Of a stretch of 64,000 nucleotides of DNA, positions 11,417 through 22,613 are shown piece after piece. The DNA comes from Chlorokybus atmophyticus (Eukaryota; Plantae; Mesostigma and Chlorokybus algae). The translations under genes were made by a program, and so were the position numbers. The notes beneath the pieces are model-generated. The model was given only the letters and a program-made list of their open reading frames with translations, did not search any database and was not told where the DNA came from. The stretch spans positions 318,328-382,327 of the forward strand of contig RHPI01002615.1 of assembly GCA_009103225.1 (NCBI GenBank). Reading direction: 5' to 3'. Within the stretch, counting starts at the first letter, position 1, and the number at the start of each line of letters is the position of its first letter.

Positions 11417-14400
11417 ATGGACGCCGTGGCGTCTGCTGCTGCCGCCGCCGGCGTTCGTGTCCGCCGCACAGCAGCGCATTCCGTCGCAGCAGTGGTCACA
11501 GCAGCGCCGTTTGCGTCGCAGGCTGCATCTGCGCCTGTAATCTGCAGCTCTGCTGTTGATGGCGAGCGTCGGGTCCAGGCCAATGCAGTTCTGCATAGGG
11601 CAGGCAGTTTCATCGCCCTGGTGCATGGCAAGCAGCCACAGACAGTGGCCGTGCGCGCGCTGAAGTGCTTGTGTACAGCTGCAGCCCAGTCTCCTGTTTC
11701 CTCTCAACCTCAGGTACAGCACGTTCCCAACTCGGTTCATGGTAAAATTAGGCCAAGTTTGCAGGCGCCACAGTTATGCAAACCACAATCAATCAGTGTC
11801 ACATTTATAAGACTGGCCAAACTGCTTTGGCAGCAAGGGATTGTACTGTGCTACGTTGACAAATAGCATCGTAGTGGTATTATCAGCATGCATGCTTGTA
11901 TGCGGCATTTGTGCCATCGGTTTGCGTGCGCAAGTGGCAGTGCATGCATGGTGTGGAATGCAAGCGATAATCACGCACGCTCTGTCATCCGCCACACCAG
12001 TTGCGACCAGAGGGCATGTGATGTTGGTGATGTTCACTAGCAACATCCAGGTTTGAGTACATCTTGCAATTCGAGAATTGTTGAGCAAGTGTCATCACTG
12101 ACGGCAGCAGGTTGATCAACTGGAGCGTGGCCTGATGGTTGAGTTCAAGCGTGACTCCAGCAGCAGTGATAAGAACGCCTACGCTTTGGGTGTTGTGAAG
12201 AAGCCTGATGGCAAAAAACAGTGGAGCGTTGAAGACCAGTATGGAAATCTTCATAGTGTGCGGCCTCAACAGATAATTTGTGTTGTTCCTGGTGGACCGT
12301 ACACTGCTGCAGATATTGCATCGTTTGCTGAGGCTTGCCAGAAGCACCAGGTAACACTTGTAGCTGATGTTACTGCCATTGCAAACACGTGTCACAGCGT
12401 CTGCACTGTTGCAACTGCAGGATGAAGAACTTCTAGAGTTGCTCTGGTCGGTTCACCTGTACGACAACAAGTCATTGACTCCACACGATCTTGCAGCTGA
12501 GCTGCCCGATAGCTCTAATGCAAAGGCATTTTACACTGCACATCGCATGTTGGAAGATGATCGCTTGTTCTTCAAGAGGTCCAAGAGAGCAGGTCTATCG
12601 CACTTCACGTATGACGCACGACCAGAAGACCAGGTAGCTATTTGGGCTATTGCATGCACCTGCACAATTTGGGCAAGCACTGAGTGGTCATGAGCGTTGG
12701 GTTCAGCCATGGTTGTTCGGTGTCAGAAACAGGACGTCTCTGTATGTTATCCCTGCTGATGAATGCAGATTGAACAATCAAGGCATGTCACAGGTTGTTG
12801 TCTGTGACTGCAGGTGCAGGCTTTGCGCGCTGCACAGCGTTTTGAGGCAGAGAAGGAGCAGCAGCAGGCTGCTTTGGTTGACAGGATGAGGGATGCCATG
12901 GCACAGTCATCAAATGCTAAGCAGTCAGCCGATCACTGGCTTCAGGGTTCAGATGCAGCGGTCATTCTTGCGTTGCAACAGTATGCGCTGGAGTCCGCCA
13001 GCCAGCACGAAGAGGACGTTGCACAAGAGGTAATGAAGTCAGGCACACAGCCCCTCTCATGCTGCCTGCTTGGTTCATTAAACAGATGTGCACAGGTGCT
13101 AGGGCGGCTCGGGCTAGCAAAGACGCCTGCAAATGCGCTTTCTGTTTTGACGCGCATGGGATTCTGGTCAAAACATGTTAACCTCGCTTTGATCAGGTCA
13201 TCCATCCCAACCACCTTCTCAGAGGACCTGTTGCGGATAGCATCTGAGTATACTGCTTCAACACCAGATGATCCGGATGAAGGCAGACGTGTTGACCTGA
13301 CAGGTTACAAGGCCTATGCAATTGATGACTCCAGCACATTAGAGGTACAGCTTGCTTAGACAGCCACTGCTAGAACACTGTGAAAAGCTCGTGCGCAACC
13401 CTTTTGTGGCTCATTATGCACAGGTTGATGATGCGTTGAGTATAGAAAGACTTGGCAACGGCAAAGTGCGGTTGTGGATACACGTCGCAGATCCATCTCG
13501 AGTAGTACGCCCTGGGGATGCGCTTGACACGTAAGGCGATATTTTGTGTGGGTCACTCATCAAAGCAACAGTTCTTACACAAAGACGTGTGCAGAGAAGC
13601 AAATCGAAGAGGCACATCAGTATACCTTGCCACGCATACCATCCCCATGTTTCCATGGAAGCTGGCGGCTGGACCAATGAGCTTGCTGCAAGATATTGTG
13701 AGCTGCGCAATGAGTGTTGGAGTTGTCCTTGCCAGTGATGGCAGGTGAGCATTGTTGGGCGAGGACACGGTTCTTGACAACGGTAGTTGGGTGCACTGGT
13801 GGCAGGCGTCCTTACTGCTTTCAGCAATGCTTGTATGGCCTTGACGCCCGTAGGAATCCGATTGCAGCATTGAAGAATACACTGTCACCCCTTCTCGTGT
13901 GCGAGTGACATACCGGCTTACATATGAAGATGTTGACGAGCTACTGATGCTTGGGACTGCTGAAGAAGAAGATCTCTTGCTGCTTAATGCTGCCGCACAG
14001 CAGCGGTTGCAATGGAGGCAAACACAGGTAATTCCGGTTCAGGAAGTCATAGTAGCCTGTATCTCATGGCGCTCGTGGCGTCCCTGCATTACCACCAAAG
14101 CCACCACACGTGTCAACTGATGCAGCCTTGATACGGATGGGTCATTGCCCACCTCACTGATGCTATTGTGATGCGCATTGCAGGGTGCAGTAAGTATCTA
14201 TGTGCCACAAGTGCAGCCTCAAGTGCCGAACCCCGATAGCGACGAACCTGTGATTACTTTGTGTGACATTGATAGCTCTTCTCCATCACACCAGCTGGTG
14301 GCTGAGATGATGATACTCGCTGGGGAAGCAGTAGCTGCTTTTGGAGCTGAGCATAATTTGGCTCTGCCCTATCGCATTCAAGCGCAGCCAACGCTTCCAT

Positions 14401-15219
14401 CTGCTGAACAACTGGAGTTGTTGCCTTCTGGGTATGCCCGAGCGTTTGCCGTGCGGTCGTGCATGACCAAAAGGTACACGACTGCATGCTTGCAGCTGTC
14501 AAGCTCATGCACGTCAAGGCATACTACTTTATGTTAACAGAGGTATGCTGGCAGTGACATCGTATATGCGGAACCAGAACGGCATGCGTCACTGGGTCTT
14601 GAGGGTTATGTTCAATTTACTTCTCCCATTCGGAGATATGGAGACTTGGTCGCACATTACCAAGTCAAGGCTGCTCTCCGCGGCGAGAATCCGCCATATG
14701 GGCCAAGGTACTTTCCTATTTGACATTGTGTGATGCAATTTGTCGTGTTGAGGGCAGCAGCATGTAGAACACGTGCCACTGGTGATCATGTTTGTGTGAA
14801 AATGGTGTATTTCTTGCAGGAAACTGTCAACACTTATGGCCAATCAGCGGGCAGGCGCTCGTGAAGCAGGTCGAGTACAAAGTGAAACAGCGCGATATTG
14901 GTTGCTTGAATACATGCGTCAACAGTCAGCCAGGGTGTATGATGCCATCATGCTGAAGTGGCTCCGAGAGCCTGAGAATCTGGCACTGGTTGTGCTGCCT
15001 CAGGTATTGCGTGATGTTTTTATTGGACGTGTTGCATCAGGCAATGGCGCTGATGATCTGTGGATGCAGTTGGGTTTGGAGACCAGCATGAAGGTGACGA
15101 GCAACCTCAGGCTGGGTGAACAGTTTTATGCGCGCCTCGTTGATGCCAATCCCCGTAAGGACTTCCTTAGGTTACAGGAAGTTTCTGCAATGCAGTTGTC
15201 AAAGAGTGTATCGACTTGA
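11417..15219 (+). CDS. RNR1: Ribonuclease II/R (RNB domain) exoribonuclease, chloroplast/mitochondrial RNR1-like, about 13 exons, N-terminal transit-peptide-like segment
   Basis: Motifs LMVEFKRD, DGKKQWSVEDQ, AYAIDDSSTLE|VDDALS, WIHVADPS, RGTSVYL..IPMFP, LVAEMMILAGEAVA, HASLGL..YVQFTSPIRRYGDLVAHYQ. Ala-rich start in a gccgccATGG context. Confidence 0.93.
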
Positions 15220-15794
15220 AGAGTTGTTGTGGCTGGCTGCAGATGCGGACAATGTGGCTGAGACTAGCTGCGCTTATTCTGTGCTTGTATCGGTGCAACC
15301 AAAGCTCAACCAGTATGTATGCGCTTGTCACTGCGATGTCCTGAAAACCGTTTGCATGACAATCAGCAGTATACTACCACCTACAACAGAATGGTTGCTT
15401 CCGCAGCATTTACAATTGTTGTCAGTTTGAGTCAATAGTGCACTCCTCATTGTGCAGCTTGCAACAAGTCAACTGCTATCAGTCATCGTGGTGCTGAATT
15501 GCTTTGTTTTGGGCGAGACATAGGTAGTATGGACTTGCAACTTTTACAGAAGTGGAGGTGAATCTCAAGTCTATCACAGCTGTTAATGAAATTGATGGTT
15601 GAATCACGTGCGACAGTTATTTGATCAGCACAACATCAGAGTCAGTTTGGTCGGATTCTTTCAGTGGAGAGTAGAAACGGGGATAATTTGTTGAGTGACG
15701 AGACTGATGTTGAACACGACCCACAAGCCTCCAGAGTGTGCGCAATAACGCTGCACTGGTGTGTTGAAATCAGCGCAATGTGAGCTTAGCTGCC

Positions 15795-17845
15795 ATGACG
15801 GCGGCGGCGGCGGCGGCGGCGGAAGAGGAGGAGGCTGCTCAGCCGGCGGTGTCGGCGGTGGTACAGTGCGAGGTGTGCAAGGGGGCGCAGGCCAAGTATA
15901 AATGCCCCGGCTGCAGTGCGCGCAGCTGCTCGGCGCCCTGCGTCGCCCACCACAAGCAAAAAAACGGATGTACAGGCAAGTAGCAGCACACAAGCCCCTC
16001 AAGAGTCCAGCGTAGGTGTTACCACTTCTTTGTTTGGGATCAGGTGCTCCCTAGCAGTTTATCATAGTTTTCCCCCTATCATTTGGGTTCAATTCTCTGT
16101 TTGGGGGTGTAGCTGGTGCTCCCAGCAGTGTCATGTAACTTTCCCTTCTTATTTGGGTCCAAAGAGCGCATAGTTGGGTAGCAGGTGCTTTTTGAGTCTC
16201 TTTGTAATTTTCAATTGCAAACTCTTTACAACAAGATCACGTAGGAACGCTTCCAATGGACCAATGCGTGTATGCATAATACATGCGTGATGCATGCATG
16301 TATCCACATATACGAGTGTGCATAAGAGCGTGTGTGAGTTCTGACGGTGCGCGACAGGCCAGCGCAACAGGACAGCGTTTGTGCCGCTCGCTGACTTTCG
16401 CGACTCGCACCTGCTGTCCGACTACAACCTACTGCAGGACACCGCGCGCGTGCGTGACACTGCCCAAAGGTGCATTGGTGTGTAATGTTAGTACTGTTGC
16501 TGTTGTTGTTATTGTGTGGTGTGGTGGTGGTGGTGGACTGAATGCACATTACTTGCATTAGATCGAGGCCGCCAAGGCTGTACCAGCACTCACTTGGCCG
16601 TGATAACCACGCGCAAGGGAGGAATCGCCACCACCACGTGCAAGATCGCGTGCCACTGCCAAATGCGCTCGCGGCGCTTCGCACGCAGGCATGCGCGTGT
16701 GGTTGTTGTTGGCATCAATTTTGCGCGAACACCCACTCAACATTCTCAACTGCGTGCAGGCTTGGCAGAGAGGAACAAAGCTGTTGTTCACTGCACCGGG
16801 TATGCGTCGCCGCAAAGAGAACACCACATACTTGGACCGCAAGTGAGTAGCAGTGTGCACAATCTTGTTGGGTTGAAAGCCCTGAGCTGAGTGTTGTAGT
16901 ATATGTTCACTTGGGTTACCTCGATTGATGGTTCGTGCATGCAGACGGCGATGCATATTCTGGCGAGTGGAGTGGCGGTTCCATGGCACTGACATTGCTC
17001 TCAGCGACACACGGTATACTCGATCACACATGCAATTACCACGTGTATGTGTGCGTGTATCAACACACAAGGGGTGCAACCACCAGCATTCGCGCATATC
17101 TGTATGCGCATGCGGACACTCACATGACACACTGCGTTGGTTCTGATCATTGTTTGGATGTAACTGCCAGCGTGGACGAGCACGCGACGCCTGGTGAGGC
17201 TGTGGCGAAGCTGTTGGAGAAGAAACCAGGCAATGCGGTACTGAGGCACAAGCTGCAAGACTACACCACTGCACTTGATAGTACCGATGGCGATTCTGCT
17301 AACCGAAAGACTGTCTGTTTGTATCTGAAAAAGGAACAATGCCCGGTAAGTGTTGTGTACTTGTCCAATGCTGGTCAGCGTTCGGTGCAGGGGTGCTTGC
17401 GTGTCTTCCTTGTGGCAAATCCTCTTTGCATCCAACTGTACCATTTTTGCCTTAGGCGAATGATCAGAAGTACTACTTGCTGGACTACAAGAAACCTTTT
17501 AGGGAGCAGCTGGCGGGCAAGACAGTGATCGAGTTTCCGGTCATCCACACGGCGCTCCCAAAGGATGCACACAACTACCCGCTTGTTGATGGCAGCAACA
17601 AGGAGGTAGAGGAGAGTAGCAGCAGTGAGGCCAGCAGTAGCAGCGAGGAAGAAAGCGAGGGTGAGGAGGAAGAGGGAGTCATAGAGGGTGAGAAGGCGCA
17701 GGAAGAGGTTGGTGCGCTGAAGGGTGCGGAACAACATGCGGAAGAGGGTGCGTTATCGGATGCGCCAGAGGAGCTGCCGGCTAAAAGGCGGAAGCAAGAT
17801 GGCACAAGGATACCGCACAGCTCGAGTGGCGAAGCAGTCACATAA
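15795..17845 (+). CDS. BCD1: Box C/D snoRNA protein 1 (zf-HIT protein, BCD1/ZNHIT6-like)
   Basis: zf-HIT motif CEVC..AKYKCPGCSARSCSAPCVAHHK..NGCTG, then TAFVPL.DF.DSHLLSDYNLLQD, WRVEWRF and GKTVIEFPVIH, with an acidic C-terminal tail. Confidence 0.88.
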
Positions 17846-18436
17846 CGACAGGACGCTTGCCATACCGTGGGTTGTTGTAACAGTCGTCTTGGGTTTGCCG
17901 TCAGTGTAACATGTCGCCTGGTAATGTGTGCTGTCTGTGCATTGGTGTAGAGCAAATGACAACAGAGCTTGTGCTGCAGAGTTTTGGTGCAACTTCAAGC
18001 TGGCGTTCTTGTTGCCAACATGACTTACATTGCCGACAGTAATGACATTGATGCTGTGAAGCAGCAGACAGCTGCAGCAAAACAATTGCACCTGCCTAAC
18101 TATTGCTCTGCAGTGTCCATATTCAAGGAGTCCATGCGCTGATCCTCATGTTGTACAGTGTGAGTCAACCCAACAGTCTTGCTTATGGTATATGCAACTG
18201 TCACAATGTGCCTAACAGCGCGTGGGTGCAGAGCCAATGATGCACTGTACAGTCATCCAGTACGTACAAGTGACTTCAACATCAGGGCTCATAGTGCGCC
18301 ATTCTGTATCAACTTGATTGTTGAGGACGACATGCGCAAGTCAACACTGGTTATGTACACGCTGTCTGCCTGTGCACTGAACTAAATGTCGCTTTGGCCA
18401 GACAATATGAGAAGGGCAACTGCGCACACATAATGC

Positions 18437-21102
18437 CTATGACGTCTTTACGTGCCTGCGTGCTGCTGGTAAAGCATCTTTGACTTTTGCAAGAATTTCA
18501 GAAGTAGACTTGTGTATCTGCTGCCACCTGGATTCATACAGCGGCAACGCCACCATCACTATGAACAAACCTGTGTAGCACTCAGCCGTAGTCAGCATTT
18601 TGCATAAAAACAGATGTCAACTGCGGTGTAAACTGCAATGAAGTGGCGGCTGTTTCCTGAGCAAATTCTCACCTAATAGAACCAAAGCGGGGAAGGAAAA
18701 GATTTTGCCAATCGCGGCAAGCGCGTAAAGCGCCAGCACTAGCTGAACAGCAGGTAAAGGGTTGGGATTGGTGGCAACAGCGTGAAGGGTGGTTAGGGTT
18801 CTGTTGATGTCACTGATGCAGCTGATGACACTGCTACGAACTGTTGCCTCGGACACACTCAACAGGGGGAACTCAGGTACCACGCGGCCTCGGCCAATGC
18901 GTTGGAATACAGTCACTGCGGCAGTGAGGAATAGGCGGGCCATCACGAGTGTGAGGAGGAACCGTGCGATGATTACAATGAGTGAGCGCGAGCGAAGTGC
19001 ACTGAACAAGATGAGAGCGGCGATCAGGAGCAACGCGGCATCAACCGGTCGCTGCCAGTAGATGGTGTGTTGCAAGGAGGGCGGGAAAGCGCGCTTCACA
19101 GGTGATGGCTCAGGTGGAGGCGAAACAGGGTTGGGGTTTTTGAGGTCAGAGAAAGAAGCAATTGTACGCCTTTTGGCCTCAGCCAAGGGGACTGCTGGTT
19201 TGTAACCAAACGCCTTCTGTGCTCGTTCAATAGAAAAGGTGCGTGACCGGCCCATGATGCAGATGCGTGCAGGCGTGAACTCCGAAGTGGGTACATGGTA
19301 GTTGAAGTAGTGCAGCAGACCTTCCGACACCCAAGCATACGCCCTTGAAGCACCATAGACCAACCAGAACGGCAGCCACATCCGTGCTCTGTGAGCGGTT
19401 GTCAGAATTACTAGTATGCACATTTGCAGCCAGATGAAGCTCAAGTCAATTGTTCAAAGACTCACCGAGGGTACCCAAGGCCTTCAACAACGTCATAGAG
19501 AAAATCCCAGAATGGCTCTGGCTCACCATTGGTTATGAAGAACGCCTATCAAGCATGAAGTAGTTAACAGAGCGGCCTAGCATAGTAACATATTGAGTGC
19601 TGTTGCATGTATGGCGTCCCTGCACTACATCACAAAGTTTGGCCACGACAAATTGTATACGAACCTTGCCTGAGACGCGAGTGTCGTCCTCAATACTATC
19701 ATGACTGGGGCGTGTGAGAGCAGCTTCGGCGAGAATGTGCGCTTGTGCAACATTTTCCACGTAAGTGTAGTCCATGCAGTTTCGCCCATCACCAATGACA
19801 AACTTCAATTTGCCAGCTTGGGCTGCCGCAACGGCTTTCGGAACCAACAATGGTTCTCCCTCACCGAATATGCCACTCGGACGCAAGGCACAGGTTAACA
19901 AACCTAACCGGCCATCTGCAGCCAGCACCAAGGCTTCTGCCTGAACAGCATTTGAGAAGAATGTTGGTGGTGTTACTGCAATTGGTGCCTGCTGCAACAC
20001 CGAATGAACTGGCAGTGGCAAGCTGTTTTGAACAGAGAGATTTTAGAGCTTTGAAAAGTTTTTCTGGGAACTTCTGTCACTAAGAAAGACACAACGTGCA
20101 CATTATGTTTCGGGCTGTGCATGCACTTGTCACCCTGGCATGCTATGGTACTTTAGTACCTCTGCTTTGGACGCCGAGTACGCATCCAAGGACGGGCTCG
20201 CATATGGCATCGACTCATTAACCAGCTCAAGGTCAACGGTTCCATTGAACACCACGGACGCACTCGATGTGTACACCAGCTTTGCTACGCCTTCCGCCAC
20301 GCAGGCAGATATCACATTTTGCGTACCTGCACGCCAAGTATTGGCTTGTACATCAATTGGGAGTGGGCAAAGCTGCTAGCAATAACGACTTCCACGCAAA
20401 TGCAATGCAATTGGTACATGAAGGTCAGGTGAATGTCTGCTTTTGTTTTAAACGCATGCGCCGCAGTATTTGCATAACTAGGCATGCTTCATGCTAGATT
20501 AGCGCTATACTGCAAGTGGCATTGCTGTCGACAAGCAATGCCATTGAAACAGTCGAAGACCCTGGAGTGCAGGACGTGCTAGACCTAGCGCATTCACACG
20601 CCAACTGACTCCCAGGCAAACTTTGCAAGCAATGTACTCTAAATGTCGACATGCACGCATGTCGAGGACGAAATATAATTATCAAAGCGATCAGCCACGT
20701 GATACCAAGCACATTGACGCGGCGAAAGATGTCGGTGTCGCGTGAGTCGGTGGACGGGGAGGCGACGTGGAAGAGGGCGCGAACGCCGTGCAGGGCTTCG
20801 CGGAGGCCTTTTGGGGCAGCGGGGTCGGCGGTGATGTCGCAGGGGTGGTAGGACGCGCGCCCATCGGTGAGGGCGTCGGCAAGGGCGTCGGCGGCAGGGT
20901 GGCCCGGGCTCAACGCCAGGGACGGCGCCAGATCCAAGATCCTCACCCTCCACCCCGCAGCCAGCAGCGCCGCCACCAGGTGCCGCCCGAGGAAACCCGC
21001 CCCTCCCGTCACTGCAGCAAGCTTGCTCCCCGCCCCTGTCCCGGACGACGACGGCGGTAACGGCGGCGGGGACGCCATGCTTGTCGCCATGCCTGTCGCC
21101 AT
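18437..21102 (-). CDS. 3BETAHSD/D: 3beta-hydroxysteroid dehydrogenase/C4-decarboxylase with C-terminal reticulon domain
   Basis: Rossmann motif VTGGAGFLGRHLV, VNVLG, VYTSSASVVF, Y..SKAE, LRPSGIFGEGE, DYTYVENVAQAHILA and AFFITNGEP..FWDF. Hydrophobic reticulon-like tail (IYWQRP...; LFIVMVALPLYE). The last exon 18570-18437 was inferred. Confidence 0.92.
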
Positions 21103-21510
21103 GCCTGACTGTTGGTCTGCCGCTTTTGTCGTGTGGTTTCAAAACCGTGCCTCTTTCGTCAAGTCAAGTGCCGTTGGAAGATCTGTTCTCCGTTGAATCC
21201 ATCTTGCTCATCATCCTTCTCGCTTTTGCATGCATGACTGCAAAGTCACCTTGCATTTCACGTGCAATCTGTGCTACGCATTGCAGTACATGCAATTGTC
21301 AGGTTGCCAACGACCAACTTAAAGGTGGTGGTTGGCAACCTGACAATTTGCAACTTTGCAACGCAGTGCGCACATTATCCTCAAGAACATCGGCATATGT
21401 ATCATGACTATTTGCAATTAATGTCGCAAGCAATAATTCTGAAACACATACTAAAAATTACCTTAAACCGTAAACCTTAAAAATTACCTTAGCTGAAAAG
21501 TTACGACATG

Positions 21511-21691
21511 TAGTGCCGCGAAATCTTCGCAACAGTAGCGGCTAGAAAGTTGGTTTTACTTCGTTGAAACCGCACGCTTGACTATGCATTTTTATCAACA
21601 ACCAACAAACGCATGAATGTTCTTAATGTAATAAAAACTTCGAAAAGCGGCAAGCCCGAGTTATTTTACCAAAAAAGATTTCGCTGCACTA
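21511..21691. mobile_element. Small MITE-like element (~180 bp) with 17-bp terminal inverted repeats
   Basis: TAGTGCCGCGAAATCTT at 21511 and AAGATTTCGCTGCACTA ending at 21691 are reverse complements with 1 mismatch. AT-rich noncoding interior. The terminal TA could be a TA target-site duplication. Confidence 0.7.
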
Positions 21692-22613
21692 TGGTAATGC
21701 GTGCACACAAGTTGTGACACAACACATGGTATGATTGGATACAGACCCTTTAACGTAACGACCTCAGGAGCGCATTACGATTGGTTGCGCAACTTTAATA
21801 TTTATCCAAACTGGTTGAGACATTGTATGGATTCAGCATATCAAAAGCTGTACTACATTGCAAACACCTTATTCAGTCACTGCCAATAACTTGATAATGA
21901 CATTATGTTGCAATTGCAGCATAATGTTTACAAAGGTCATAACATAAAGCCATTGAAGCATTGGGTCACGAGGTACATATGCGGGAATGCACTACACGTC
22001 GATTGCAATCGATATTGTAGTGCTGCAATGTTAAACACGAACTATTGTTGATTTTGAAACTCAACATAAGAATGTGGTTGGTGTTCATGTAATAACAACA
22101 TTGATGAATATACGAGAAAGGTGCACAATCAAGTGCAATGATTATATCGATTGAAAACATGTTTATAATAGCTAGACCACACCCTATCTTTCACTCTGGG
22201 GAAGAGGAGGGGTGGGGGGGGGTGGGGGGGGATGAGGGGTATATATAACACAAAAGCCTTGGAACAGATGAGTAACACCCTGTGTGATGCCTTTGTTAGG
22301 TGGTCACATAGGTGCCTAGATCAAACCAGAATCGTACTCCAAGCTGGACCCGAGGTCCCACTTAGCCAACGTTAGCCTACACATGCAGCTGCCCTGCAAA
22401 TTGCCGGTAGCTGCATGCGCTGCGACATACACTGGCAGTGCAACGTTGGCCAGCTAGGGCACTGCTGTTGCATGGAACTCTGTCTTTGGTTAAGTTTTCC
22501 CAGCTTCATCAGCCGACCTGCCTAGCAGTGCCGCCTGCTTGGTGAAGCTCCTGGTTCAACCTTTTTGTGCAGCTGCTGTCTTGTGCTTTGTCAGTGTGCT
22601 TGTGCTTGTTGCC

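Noticed and set aside
6005-18419. 15-nt exact match atatgagaagggcaa at 6005 and 18405
   Set aside because: The flanks do not extend the match, so it is too short to call a repeat family.
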